DNA from: Chloroflexota bacterium
GTDB taxonomy: Bacteria > Chloroflexota > Chloroflexia > Chloroflexales > Roseiflexaceae
Length of the DNA: 64,000 nt
Reading direction: 5' to 3'
Assembly: GCA_046300655.1 (NCBI GenBank)
Contig: JBKCLM010000070.1
Location: 17,741 to 81,740, forward strand
Under the pieces are notes generated by a model. It saw nothing but the letters and a program-made list of their open reading frames with translations. It was not told the origin of the DNA and did no database searches. Positions 10,654 through 20,321 of the stretch are shown piece after piece (the stretch's first letter is position 1; the number at the start of each line of letters is the position of its first letter). Both the position numbers and the translations under genes were made by a program.

Positions 10654-11498
10654 GAGTTTCAATTACTCAGAGTCAACATAGACATATTGTTGTAGCAGAG
10701 TGGTTCAAACATGTAGTGCTCGTATGTGTGTCGATTGCACTTCTCTTTCCTATGTTTTTGATGCTGGTCATGTCAGTCAAAAACAAAGAGCAAATTGTTT
10801 TTGAGTTTTTTGCTATTCGTCCACCGTTCCATTTTGAAAACTATGCCGTTGCGTTTGAATTTATCTCGCCATTCATGATGAATAGTGTATGGATGGCACT
10901 CGCATCAACGATGTTGACTGTTTCTGTGACCGCATTAGCAGGATACGCATTTGGCAAACTTGAGTTTCCTGGGCGGAATGTATTGTTTTGGATTTTGTTT
11001 GCCAAAATGATGTTGCCTGGCATCATGAATCTGATCCCATCATTCACCTTGGCGTGGCGTCTCGGTATTTTGGATACCTCGTGGCCAGTTATTCTATTTT
11101 GTGCAGGAACATCCCAGCCGTTCTGGGTCTTTGTGATGCGTACGTTCGTGGCGCAACAACCACAAGAATTGTTTGAGTCAATGCGAATAGATGGTGCCAA
11201 TGAGTTTCAAATATTTCGTTATCTTGCCATTCCCTTGTTACGCCCAATGATTGCTTTAATGTCGATTAATGTGTTTGTGTTTGTGTGGAACGACTACATT
11301 TGGCCATTGGTGACCATTCAATCATTCGAGAAGCGCCCGTTGACGGTTGGGTTGGCGTATCTGACATCCGCATATCCGGGCGACTACGGCATGCTCACCG
11401 CTGGGTATGTGATTGCGGCATTGCCCCTTCTCATTCTTTTCTTTATCTCCATGAAACAATTTATCGAAGGGTTGACAGCCGGCGCAATTAAGTTATAG
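10650..11498 (+). CDS. Sugar ABC transporter permease (MalG/UgpE/LplC-like)
   Basis: Multi-TM protein with EAA loop ESMRIDGANEFQIFRYLAIPLLRP. ATGA overlap with the upstream stop. Confidence 0.85.
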   Translation: MRVSITQSQHRHIVVAEWFKHVVLVCVSIALLFPMFLMLVMSVKNKEQIVFEFFAIRPPFHFENYAVAFEFISPFMMNSVWMALASTMLTVSVTALAGYAFGKLEFPGRNVLFWILFAKMMLPGIMNLIPSFTLAWRLGILDTSWPVILFCAGTSQPFWVFVMRTFVAQQPQELFESMRIDGANEFQIFRYLAIPLLRPMIALMSINVFVFVWNDYIWPLVTIQSFEKRPLTVGLAYLTSAYPGDYGMLTAGYVIAALPLLILFFISMKQFIEGLTAGAIKL

Positions 11499-11509
11499 GG
11501 CAAACATTC

Positions 11510-13795
11510 ATGCAACCACTTCTCATCGATGATATCGACCAACTCAGATATCGACTCTTGAACAGCGAAACGACGCATGGGCGCAGTGCTGATCTCTGGC
11601 GACTCATAGTACGATGTGCACGGAGCGCACCCTTCTCGTTTCCGTGGTTTACGCCGTTTGTGGCTGTGATAACTCGTGATCCGCGCGATATCGCACATGC
11701 CGCCGAAGTAATCCGACGCTATGTGAGCAAGCTCGATAGCATGTATTTTTCGACAGGACTGCAATTTCATTTCTGGTGTTTTGCGTTTCCTCATGCAAAA
11801 TGGAGTCTTTATTTTCAGTGGTTGTGTACGCTTGATGCGTTTGATGATGCCGAGGCTAAGCATATTGCCGAACAATTCATCGAATACCACTTTGTTAATT
11901 TTTTGTATGGGATGCGTACCAAACCAGAACCTGAGTGTGTCGATAACCAAGCACTGTCATTGGCTCTGAGTGCTACCCTGCTCGGATATGTCTTTACACA
12001 GCCACCACATTCATCGCAAATGGCTACATTGATCCGCGATGAGGGACTGCGACGCTTACCAGTTATTCTTGGTGATATGCCGCCATCTGGCTATAGTGGC
12101 GAGGGAAGCTCGTACATGGACTGTGTAAATGGTCCAGCGGTGGCGCTTGCCGTTGAGCTTCTCGAACGTATCACCGATGAATCAAATCTGCTCCACAGAC
12201 CGTTTACGTTGAATGGTGCGACCCCCTATGCGGTGCTCAAAATGGTCGCATACGAGTGGATGCCTGGTTCACTTTTGTTACCGTGGGATAACTATGGATA
12301 TCAATTTGGCGTGCGCGCCCCCCTGGCATATGCAGCAAAGAAAACCGGTGAAGCGCTTTTTTCTGATATTCTCGAACATGAAGCGCTCTGGAGTTACGAT
12401 ATCGGCACTGGTTGGGCATATGATGATTTGCCGTGGACGTTGATTTGGTGGCCAGATAGCACCAATGCACACACGCCCAAAACTAATCGTAGCTGGTTTC
12501 AAGCGCACGTGGGTGGTGCATTGGTCAGCACTGACCGTCAGTATTACGCCATGCAGATGTGGGATGCCTCAACGCCCGTAGTGCCGACGCGTGCGCATGT
12601 GAATCCCAACGCGCTCCTGTTTAATGCACATGGTGTGCCACTTTCGGCTGATGGATCGCCCACATCAACTGGTGCTGCACGGTTTAAATTTGCTGATACG
12701 GTGCGGCAAGTGAATTTTCTGACGATGGGACAAATCGATGAGTACAACTACGGTGATGGTTGTGGTGGTGCGCACTCGGTTATGCTCGTTGATGGATGGG
12801 AGGGGATGCGCAACTTTGCGGATGGGGCGCAGATTCGCGCATCATCCATAGCAGATACGCACGCATTATCACTAATGTGTGATGTTGCACCAACATATCA
12901 AGAGCGATGGCCGGATATCGCCTCAGTCTGTCGAAGGACCACGTTGTGTGCGCAACGATTTTTCGTCGTAGAAGATATGTGTCGCGCTACTGAACAGCAT
13001 CAGTGGACGCAGCGTTTTGTGTTGCGCCCTTCGTTTGTGCCGACAACACATGGCGTCAAGATACAGTCACCCGAAGGTGTGGTGTTACACCTCATTCCGG
13101 TTTTAGTTGATGCACACGTTGTGACAGAATCAGTCACTGGTCATCCTGCCAAACCAGATGGTTGTTGTGGTATTGCTGATTTTGTGTATCACGGCACACA
13201 TATGCATCAACTAACGCTCGCATGGATGGCGTCAACACGTCAGCGTGGTGCCCAAATTCGCCACTTTTCAGCTATTGCTGATGAGACTGACTCACTAACA
13301 TATGCAGATGCACGCCTGCAGCTGCAGGCCAGCACAATCACCCTTGATATGCAACTACCGCCATATATGGAGGCAGATGTGGCCATCATCAAACGCTGGT
13401 GGTATCGTGTGATTGTCGCCAAACCAGAAAATGCCAACTGGATTCAGTTACCACTTGGGATGTTACATCCGCGGTTGTGGCTTAATGACGAGGAGATTGA
13501 TCTCACGCCGTATCGACAATCCGCAGAGTTAATTGCGCCGCACGTTACCCTGCCTTCGCATTTTTTTGGTCAACGCACGCTTGATATCGTCATGTGCGTT
13601 GATGTCCCAATTAGTCATTATGAGGGTGGAGGTGATGGCACGATTGGCTTGAGTGGTGGTGTGTGGTGGATTCATCCTATTGAAGAAGAAGAGGTTATCT
13701 CGTGTCATCTGCGTGACGGTGCCTTGATTGTGCAGAGCTCTCATGCTGTGTATGTCGAGCCGTATTCGCTTCAATGGAATGAGGAAAGTCGATGA
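11510..13795 (+). CDS. Heparinase II/III-like (polysaccharide or oligo-uronate lyase-like) protein, 761 aa
   Basis: Central block TRAHVNPNALLFNAHGVPLSADGSP ... GGAHSVMLVDGWEG resembles the Hepar_II_III signature (H.H.D..sf.l...G..l..D.G ... aHNtv.vdg). No signal peptide is evident. Assignment is by motif only. Confidence 0.55.
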   Translation: MQPLLIDDIDQLRYRLLNSETTHGRSADLWRLIVRCARSAPFSFPWFTPFVAVITRDPRDIAHAAEVIRRYVSKLDSMYFSTGLQFHFWCFAFPHAKWSLYFQWLCTLDAFDDAEAKHIAEQFIEYHFVNFLYGMRTKPEPECVDNQALSLALSATLLGYVFTQPPHSSQMATLIRDEGLRRLPVILGDMPPSGYSGEGSSYMDCVNGPAVALAVELLERITDESNLLHRPFTLNGATPYAVLKMVAYEWMPGSLLLPWDNYGYQFGVRAPLAYAAKKTGEALFSDILEHEALWSYDIGTGWAYDDLPWTLIWWPDSTNAHTPKTNRSWFQAHVGGALVSTDRQYYAMQMWDASTPVVPTRAHVNPNALLFNAHGVPLSADGSPTSTGAARFKFADTVRQVNFLTMGQIDEYNYGDGCGGAHSVMLVDGWEGMRNFADGAQIRASSIADTHALSLMCDVAPTYQERWPDIASVCRRTTLCAQRFFVVEDMCRATEQHQWTQRFVLRPSFVPTTHGVKIQSPEGVVLHLIPVLVDAHVVTESVTGHPAKPDGCCGIADFVYHGTHMHQLTLAWMASTRQRGAQIRHFSAIADETDSLTYADARLQLQASTITLDMQLPPYMEADVAIIKRWWYRVIVAKPENANWIQLPLGMLHPRLWLNDEEIDLTPYRQSAELIAPHVTLPSHFFGQRTLDIVMCVDVPISHYEGGGDGTIGLSGGVWWIHPIEEEEVISCHLRDGALIVQSSHAVYVEPYSLQWNEESR

Positions 13796-14349
13796 GTCGT
13801 TTTGCGTTGATGGAGGAGGTGTTGTCACAGCCAGAGCGTATTAGCGAGGCTGCCTCCCACGAAGATTGGCGTATTCGATATGCTGCAGCCATCGCTATTG
13901 CCCGCTACCCTGACGCGCGATGGCTGACGGTACTGCATCAAATGCTCATTATTGAATCGCAGCGACCACTGTATACGCAACCTGTGGTGAACTTTTCACA
14001 CGGGACCGGTGATACCCGTATGGCCGAACAGATTGGACCTCTGACCGTGATGTTTGATCACCCATACGATGAGTCTACCAAAGATGCATGGCGATGTCGT
14101 GGTCGTGTACGTCAAGCCGTACTTTTTGCAGTGGCAGTGATAGGACACGCCTCACCCGAGTTACTTGAGATGATGCATGCATTTCTTGCAGACCCTCACG
14201 AGGATTTTGCAGTCAAAGCCGCTACGGCTCGTGCCCTCGGAGCTATTGGCGATCCAGCGAGTGTTCCTTTTTTGCATATGGCGCTTGCATTTGATGAGTG
14301 GTGCACAAACCGCGAGGCTGCCAAAGCATTAGCAAGGATAGTATCATGA
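13792..14349 (+). CDS. HEAT-repeat (PBS-lyase HEAT-like) protein
   Basis: Repeated blocks DWRIRYAAAIAIARYPDARWL and DFAVKAATARALGAIGDPASVPFL. ATGA overlaps at both ends. Confidence 0.65.
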   Translation: MSRFALMEEVLSQPERISEAASHEDWRIRYAAAIAIARYPDARWLTVLHQMLIIESQRPLYTQPVVNFSHGTGDTRMAEQIGPLTVMFDHPYDESTKDAWRCRGRVRQAVLFAVAVIGHASPELLEMMHAFLADPHEDFAVKAATARALGAIGDPASVPFLHMALAFDEWCTNREAAKALARIVS

Positions 14350-15224
14350 CGCGAATGTTGACTATTGGGATTGCATCGCTGGCTGTTATTCCGGGCGAAC
14401 TTGCGCATAATCTCGCACAAATCACATTGACAGCGCAACAAGCTGCACGCGTCGGATGTGACCTGTTAGTAACGCCCGAAATGAGTGCAACTGGATACGG
14501 TGGATATCCGGAGATTTTGGCGTGCGCAGAGGTGGCCGGTCAAGGTCCAATTTATGCACATCTTGCACATGTGGCGCACCAAACCAATATGGTTATTACG
14601 GCAGGATTCGTGGAACACGCTCACGGTAGACGCTTTTTGGCACACTATGTCGTCTATCCTAATGGTACGTTTGTGGTGCAGCGCAAAAACCGTGTTACTC
14701 CGCGTGAATACCCACTCGATGCCGCAGTTCCACTCTTTTTTGATGACACTGAAGAAATTGGTCATGTACACGCAGAAGACGCGTACTGGCAGTTTTTTGA
14801 TGTCAAAGGTGTGCGTTGCGGTATTGTGATTTGCGCTGATTTAGGTGTCAAACAGCTTAATTCGTATTTTTTGGCACAAGGTATTGAATTAATGCTTTTG
14901 CCAACAGGCGCAGGCGGCACACGCGACGAACGTATGACAACAACAGAGATTCTTGCAGAACACGGTATTACGCGCTACATGCAAGAAATGCGCGCTGCCT
15001 GCTTTCCTGGGGATGGAATCAGTCAGTGTATAACCTATCGTAGAGCGCTTGCTGCGGTCAATTTATGTGGGTTTGATGGGCATCAGTTTTATCACGGTGG
15101 ACAAGGGTCAATCATCGATATGTATGGCGATGTGCACGTGGTTATCCCTGGAATTCCAAATCTCGATCGCCAACAGTCGCGCTTTGCGTTCGCACACATT
15201 GATTTTGATCAACAACGAGATTGA
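14346..15224 (+). CDS. Carbon-nitrogen hydrolase (nitrilase superfamily)
   Basis: Candidate Glu-Lys-Cys triad: LVTPEMSATGY, VVQRKNRV, GIVICADL. ATGA overlap with the HEAT gene. Confidence 0.75.
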   Translation: MTRMLTIGIASLAVIPGELAHNLAQITLTAQQAARVGCDLLVTPEMSATGYGGYPEILACAEVAGQGPIYAHLAHVAHQTNMVITAGFVEHAHGRRFLAHYVVYPNGTFVVQRKNRVTPREYPLDAAVPLFFDDTEEIGHVHAEDAYWQFFDVKGVRCGIVICADLGVKQLNSYFLAQGIELMLLPTGAGGTRDERMTTTEILAEHGITRYMQEMRAACFPGDGISQCITYRRALAAVNLCGFDGHQFYHGGQGSIIDMYGDVHVVIPGIPNLDRQQSRFAFAHIDFDQQRD

Positions 15225-15232
15225 AGGTCATC

Positions 15233-16258
15233 ATGAACCGCATACGGGTTGGAGTGGTGGGACTGAACTTCGGTAGTTGGATGATTGAGCACGAATTATT
15301 GGTTGGTGAAGGTGCAGCGTGCATAGAAATTGTTGCCGTCTGTGATCTGCAGACCGATAAAGTCGCATTCTGGAGTGCACGCTTAGCAGTCCCTGGCTAC
15401 ACCAATCTGCATGACATCCTACAACAGTCGAATATACAAGCCATTGCGCTTTTTACAGGACCTGTGGGCCGGTCACTCCTTATCCAGCAAATCATTGATA
15501 GTGGTCGAGATGTGATTACAACGAAGCCATTTGATGGTGAATTGAATGCCGCACAAACGGTGTTACACGCCGCAATTGCTGCACGACGTGTGGTTCACCT
15601 CAATTCGCCACCACCACAAATGACTCCAGATATTGCACAATTGCATACGTGGATGACAAAGTACGATCTTGGCCGTCCAATCGCGTATCGTGCAACGACG
15701 TGGTGCTCATATCGTGAAGTCCCTGATGGGAGTTGGTACGATGACCCACAACGTTGCCCTGTGGCGCCGATTTTTCGGCTAGGCATCTATCTCATCAATG
15801 ATTTATCGTGGTTTTTTACGCATGTGCAAGACGTATCAGTCATGCAATCGCGTGTTTTTACACAGCGCCCGACTGCCGATAATGCACAGTTGTCAGTGCA
15901 ATACACCAATGGTGCGATTGGGAGTGTATTTGCGTCGTTTTGTATTGCCGATCAGCAGTATTATCGATGTGCCCTCGAGATGAACTTTGCGAATGGTACG
16001 CTCTATCGAAATGTAGGACCGTTTACGTTGGGCAGTGAAGTACAACTTAGTCTTGTGACTGTCCAAGGAGGAGACCAACGTATCATCAATGCACAAACAC
16101 CACCACAAGGTGCTGGGTATCAATGGCGCGCATTTCAACGTGCTGTGTGGCAATCCGAAGGCATGACTGAGGCCTATGCGGAGCGTATTCTTACCGGATT
16201 GCAGGTTATTAACGCCATGCAACGTGCGATTTCGCCAGAGTCAGGAGTATGTCAATGA
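15233..16258 (+). CDS. Gfo/Idh/MocA-family oxidoreductase
   Basis: N-terminal Rossmann block RVGVVGLNFGS and family-typical length and layout. GAAGG lies 5 nt upstream of ATG 15233. Confidence 0.8.
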   Translation: MNRIRVGVVGLNFGSWMIEHELLVGEGAACIEIVAVCDLQTDKVAFWSARLAVPGYTNLHDILQQSNIQAIALFTGPVGRSLLIQQIIDSGRDVITTKPFDGELNAAQTVLHAAIAARRVVHLNSPPPQMTPDIAQLHTWMTKYDLGRPIAYRATTWCSYREVPDGSWYDDPQRCPVAPIFRLGIYLINDLSWFFTHVQDVSVMQSRVFTQRPTADNAQLSVQYTNGAIGSVFASFCIADQQYYRCALEMNFANGTLYRNVGPFTLGSEVQLSLVTVQGGDQRIINAQTPPQGAGYQWRAFQRAVWQSEGMTEAYAERILTGLQVINAMQRAISPESGVCQ

Positions 16259-17199
16259 TTGGTATTGGCTTGTTTGGTCACAACGGGCATCAGTTATCGA
16301 TTGATAGTCTGTGGGATGGCGCAACAATCGTTGCGGTATGTGATGTTCCAAGCCAGGTTTCACCAAAACAATATGGAACGTTTGATGAATTACTAGAGGA
16401 TTCACACATCCATCTCGTCGCGATTTGTGCACCGCGACGTGATCAACAAGTGCATTACATTCGCCGTGCACTGTTGGCCGGAAAGCATGTAATCGCAGAG
16501 AAACCATGTCTCATGCTTCATGATGATATTTACGAGGTGGTTGCATTAGCACAGCGAGTCGGTCGACACTTTTTTGAAATGTCAGGGAGTGTTGATGAAG
16601 CACCCTATGCGCTCATTGCACCGCTGATTACACAAGGACTCATTGGTGAGATTGGTCAAGTATGTGTGCGTAAATCGTACCCATATGCTGATTGGCGCCC
16701 TCAAGACGAAGGTGTTGATGGTGGATTGGTGATGCAGTGTGGAATTCACGCGTTGCGAATGATTGCTCATATCACAGGTCTTCGAGTTGTGGCAATTTCA
16801 GCTGTTGAAACCAAAATTGGTAACCCTGATTTATCCGGTGAGTTAATAATGGCTGTCAGTATTTCAGCGCGACTTAGTAATGGCGCGGTGGCTAGCGTTG
16901 CCGCAAATTACTACAATCCCCGTGCACATGGACGTTGGGCAGATGATGAATTACGCATTTATGGACGTGATGGGATGATTGTGACAGGGCAACACAATGA
17001 AGTTCATGTGATCACACATGAATCGCGTACGACACTCCAGTGTCCAGTACAACCGCATCCATTTCAGCATGTAATTGATGTCATTAATCAAAAATCTCTG
17101 CGTACTCGAGATATTGTGTGGGATTTACATCCGACACATGCCGTGATTGCAGCGAAAGACTCTGCTCGGCACGATGGTATGTGGATAAATATCCCATAA
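16255..17199 (+). CDS. Gfo/Idh/MocA-family oxidoreductase
   Basis: MIGIGLFGHNGH Rossmann start and AEKP motif. ATGA overlap with the upstream stop. CAGGAG lies 7 nt upstream of ATG 16255. Confidence 0.8.
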   Translation: MIGIGLFGHNGHQLSIDSLWDGATIVAVCDVPSQVSPKQYGTFDELLEDSHIHLVAICAPRRDQQVHYIRRALLAGKHVIAEKPCLMLHDDIYEVVALAQRVGRHFFEMSGSVDEAPYALIAPLITQGLIGEIGQVCVRKSYPYADWRPQDEGVDGGLVMQCGIHALRMIAHITGLRVVAISAVETKIGNPDLSGELIMAVSISARLSNGAVASVAANYYNPRAHGRWADDELRIYGRDGMIVTGQHNEVHVITHESRTTLQCPVQPHPFQHVIDVINQKSLRTRDIVWDLHPTHAVIAAKDSARHDGMWINIP

Positions 17200-17263
17200 C
17201 TTGCAGTATAATGAGGCACCACATAAACACATTGCACAGATAACTCCCGCGGAGGGCTCCTCT

Positions 17264-18322
17264 ATGCCGCAGGTAATTTTAGTCGATGATAATATCAAAG
17301 CACTTGACGGCTTGCGTCGTCATATTCCATGGCAGTCTACCGGTTGTGTGTGTGTGGGTACTGCCCAAAATGGGGTGGAGGCGTTGGAGTTGTGTCGCAC
17401 CTTACACCCTGATGTCGTCATCACTGATGTGAAAATGCCACAAATGGATGGCATCGAATTGTGCCATCAACTCCATCAGTCATATCCTGATATGCAGCTT
17501 ATTGTGATTTCTGCGTATGATGATTTTAGCTTTGCTCAGAAAGCTATGGCTGTTGGTGTGAAACATTACGTGCTGAAACCAATGAATCACCTGAAAATCA
17601 ATGAACTTACACAGATTCTGACTGAGATGGCGCAACGTGCCCATAAATATACGGCATCAATTTCTGCGTTTTTTACATCGAATGATGTTGATGCGTTACG
17701 CCAAGCTTTGATGCATACGAACGAAGCAACGCTATTTGATGTGTTGGGACGTATTTTAAAGAACAGTACACTTGAATTGCGTGTTGCCAAAGAAATCGCC
17801 ACTCATCTTGTGGCCGTTGTCTACCAGCATACAAATCAGTTGGGATTGCCAACATCGGTTGGTTGTCAACAGCTGAATGATAGAGTCGCTGACATCCAAA
17901 CATTGCATACGGCTGAGAGTGTGTATGAATACGTTCTGCAAATATATCTCGGTGTGTGTCGGCATATCAATCATCAACGCAATCCAAGTACTGAGCATTT
18001 AGTACAGCGTATACAACAGTATATTGATGCACATTACTGTGATGCAGAGATCTCAACCTACACAATTGCCGAGAAGTTTCACCTGAGTCAGAGTTATCTG
18101 TGCCAGATATATCGTACCCATTTGCACGCAAGTGTGCACGCCACGATTACGCGTATGCGTATGGCACGTGCATGCGCCATTCTCAAACAAGAGAAGTTTC
18201 GTTCTATTGCTGAAGTTGGCCGTGAAGTTGGTTACATGGATGCACAATATTTTGCAAAGGTGTTTCGACGGATTTGCGGATCCACTCCGAGTGAATATCG
18301 TGATTTATCGTTTCCACTATGA
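17264..18322 (+). CDS. Response regulator with AraC-type HTH output (YesN-like)
   Basis: REC motifs ILVDDN, VVITDVKMPQMDG and LKP. C-terminal AraC HTH IAEKFHLSQSYLCQIYR ... YMDAQYFAKVFRRICGSTPSEYR. GGAGGG lies 7 nt upstream of the ATG. Confidence 0.9.
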   Translation: MPQVILVDDNIKALDGLRRHIPWQSTGCVCVGTAQNGVEALELCRTLHPDVVITDVKMPQMDGIELCHQLHQSYPDMQLIVISAYDDFSFAQKAMAVGVKHYVLKPMNHLKINELTQILTEMAQRAHKYTASISAFFTSNDVDALRQALMHTNEATLFDVLGRILKNSTLELRVAKEIATHLVAVVYQHTNQLGLPTSVGCQQLNDRVADIQTLHTAESVYEYVLQIYLGVCRHINHQRNPSTEHLVQRIQQYIDAHYCDAEISTYTIAEKFHLSQSYLCQIYRTHLHASVHATITRMRMARACAILKQEKFRSIAEVGREVGYMDAQYFAKVFRRICGSTPSEYRDLSFPL

Positions 18323-20076
18323 CAAATACGACATTATTACGACGTATATTTTTGCTCGTCAGTGTCCTCTTTTTTGTATTGTTGACCACGACGATTACCA
18401 TCATTTATCTCTTTTTTTCAAATTTATTAGTGCGTAATGCACAAGATTATCTGCACCTCATAATGCAGCAACATCAACGTACGGTAAATACCTCATTACA
18501 GCGCGTGGATGAAGTGGTTGTTGGTCTCACTACGGATAAGTTTTTGTATCAACAAGTTGCGTTACCGCTAAGCGAAAGCTACGTAGATCACGCAATTTCT
18601 CGTCAAGAAATCAATCGCTATTTAGTACGGTCTGTCTATGTACCGTTGCGTCGTTATTTTGATCAGGTGAACTACTGGTTCTTTATTGATGATCAATATC
18701 CGCGCAGTGAATTATATGCGGCATACTCTTTTCCGGCGAATCGCGTACTGACGATGCGTGATGCGCGGCAAATGCTGTTTTTTGATAAGACACAACGAGC
18801 ACAAGGGCAAGTCTATTGGTTTATGGATAACAACAAGCCAAGCAAAATATATGCTGCGGTATGGTTACGTGGTACATCGGGTACAGTAAGTATTCCTGAT
18901 ATTGGCATTTTGCTACTTGAGTTTGATGTCGTTGATATTGTGGGTACACAACAAACCGACATGAATGGTGCATCAACATATTATCTGATTGACCCTAATC
19001 GTGTTGTGTACGGAGTGAATGGTTCAGCACACACAGCAGATGTACAACAATTTGTGCAATCATATCAATTTGTTCAACCACGCACGAATCAAACAGTACA
19101 ATCAAATAATCAGTTGTTTAGTGTGTTGTGGTTAGATACTGGGTGGATGCTACTTGGTGTCACACCGTTTACTGAGATTACACGTCAAACACACCGATTA
19201 AGTGAATTTTTGATACCGCTCGTGATTGTATCATTGGGAGCGGTGGTGATTGTATCCTATGTGATCGCGCGTTCAGTCTCTCGTCCAATTGTCCGATTAT
19301 CACAAGTCATGCAACAGTCGCGTCAACAGTCAGATTTTGATATGGAGATGCTTGAACGTCCACAAACTATTGAAATTGCTCGATTATATGACGCATATCG
19401 TGAGTTTATCGTACGTATTAAACAGCTGCTTCACGATGTGTATCTGACTGGAGTCAGTGTAAAACAGGCAGAGTTGCGTGCGTTACAAGCACAGATCAAT
19501 CCACACTTTTTGTATAACACATTAGACTCAATAAGTTGGGTGGCACTTGACCACGGTGATTCTGATGTACCACGAGTAGTCTCATCTCTCTCGAATATTT
19601 TGCGTTACAGTATCAATGATTCTGATCGGATGGTCACTTTCGCTGATGAAATTGCGATTGTCCGTGATTATCTTGATATTCAGAACTTCTGTTATCAGCT
19701 TGATATTCAGTTACAGGTATCTGTGAGTGATGAGTATATGAATTATCGTCTCCCCAAATTAACACTCCAACCAATCATCGAAAATGCAGTACTTCATGGA
19801 TTTTTGGAACAACAACAAAAGACGGGAGTGATACGGATAAGTTGTAACCGGCACGAAGACTGCATTCAGTACGCTATTGAAAACCCAGGTCACGCAGATA
19901 TCGAACGTATCAACGCATTATTGCAAGACAGTGTCGAACCGCAGAAACATGGTGTACGCAATGTGCATAACCGTCTTCGTATGCTTTTTGGTGAGGGATC
20001 GGGATTGCAATACACGCGTGCCTCGACTGGTGCGACAGTGGCGATACTCACATTAACGGTGCCATCAGAAGTGTGA
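18319..20076 (+). CDS. Sensor histidine kinase (YesM/LytS-type His_kinase plus HATPase)
   Basis: Two TM segments flank a roughly 260-aa extracytoplasmic domain, followed by a HAMP-like region, QINPHFLYNTLDSISW (His box) and RNVHNRLRMLFGEGSGL (ATPase). ATGA overlap with the regulator gene. Confidence 0.9.
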   Translation: MTNTTLLRRIFLLVSVLFFVLLTTTITIIYLFFSNLLVRNAQDYLHLIMQQHQRTVNTSLQRVDEVVVGLTTDKFLYQQVALPLSESYVDHAISRQEINRYLVRSVYVPLRRYFDQVNYWFFIDDQYPRSELYAAYSFPANRVLTMRDARQMLFFDKTQRAQGQVYWFMDNNKPSKIYAAVWLRGTSGTVSIPDIGILLLEFDVVDIVGTQQTDMNGASTYYLIDPNRVVYGVNGSAHTADVQQFVQSYQFVQPRTNQTVQSNNQLFSVLWLDTGWMLLGVTPFTEITRQTHRLSEFLIPLVIVSLGAVVIVSYVIARSVSRPIVRLSQVMQQSRQQSDFDMEMLERPQTIEIARLYDAYREFIVRIKQLLHDVYLTGVSVKQAELRALQAQINPHFLYNTLDSISWVALDHGDSDVPRVVSSLSNILRYSINDSDRMVTFADEIAIVRDYLDIQNFCYQLDIQLQVSVSDEYMNYRLPKLTLQPIIENAVLHGFLEQQQKTGVIRISCNRHEDCIQYAIENPGHADIERINALLQDSVEPQKHGVRNVHNRLRMLFGEGSGLQYTRASTGATVAILTLTVPSEV

Positions 20077-20161
20077 TAACGTTTGACAATCATTCGCGAG
20101 TATGTTTATAGGGTAGAGGGATGTGCATCAGTAGCATATATCAAAAACAGACAATAAAGTG

Positions 20162-20190
20162 CAGACAACCAGCAGAAAATATGCTACAAT
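20162..20190 (+). promoter_or_regulatory. Candidate sigma70-type promoter for hppA with extended -10
   Basis: CAGACA (20162-20167), 17-nt spacer, then TG-C-TACAAT (TG at 20182-20183, -10 at 20185-20190). Confidence 0.35.
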
Positions 20191-20204
20191 CGGGTTGCTT
20201 CAAA

Positions 20205-20295
20205 CTATCCATACACGTATATAGCGCCCAATATGGATAGGATCCGTCGGGCTAGAGTTATCTCGGCGGCGCAAAGCGGCAACGAGGCCGGATCC
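20205..20295 (+). promoter_or_regulatory. Structured 5' leader of hppA (two adjacent hairpins; candidate cis-regulatory RNA)
   Basis: CTATCCATA (20205-20213) pairs perfectly with TATGGATAG (20232-20240). GGATCCG (20240-20246) pairs with CGGATCC (20289-20295), enclosing the nested CTCG...CGAG (20262-20265 / 20283-20286). Confidence 0.35.
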
Positions 20296-20321
20296 GCGCA
20301 TTAGATCAAATGAGGAGACAA

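Noticed and set aside
20240-20295. Assignment of the hppA leader to a known riboswitch class (fluoride, guanidine/ykkC, Na+ or similar)
   Set aside because: I could not match the conserved core nucleotides of any class I remember. Only the helices are visible, so it is reported as an unclassified structured leader.
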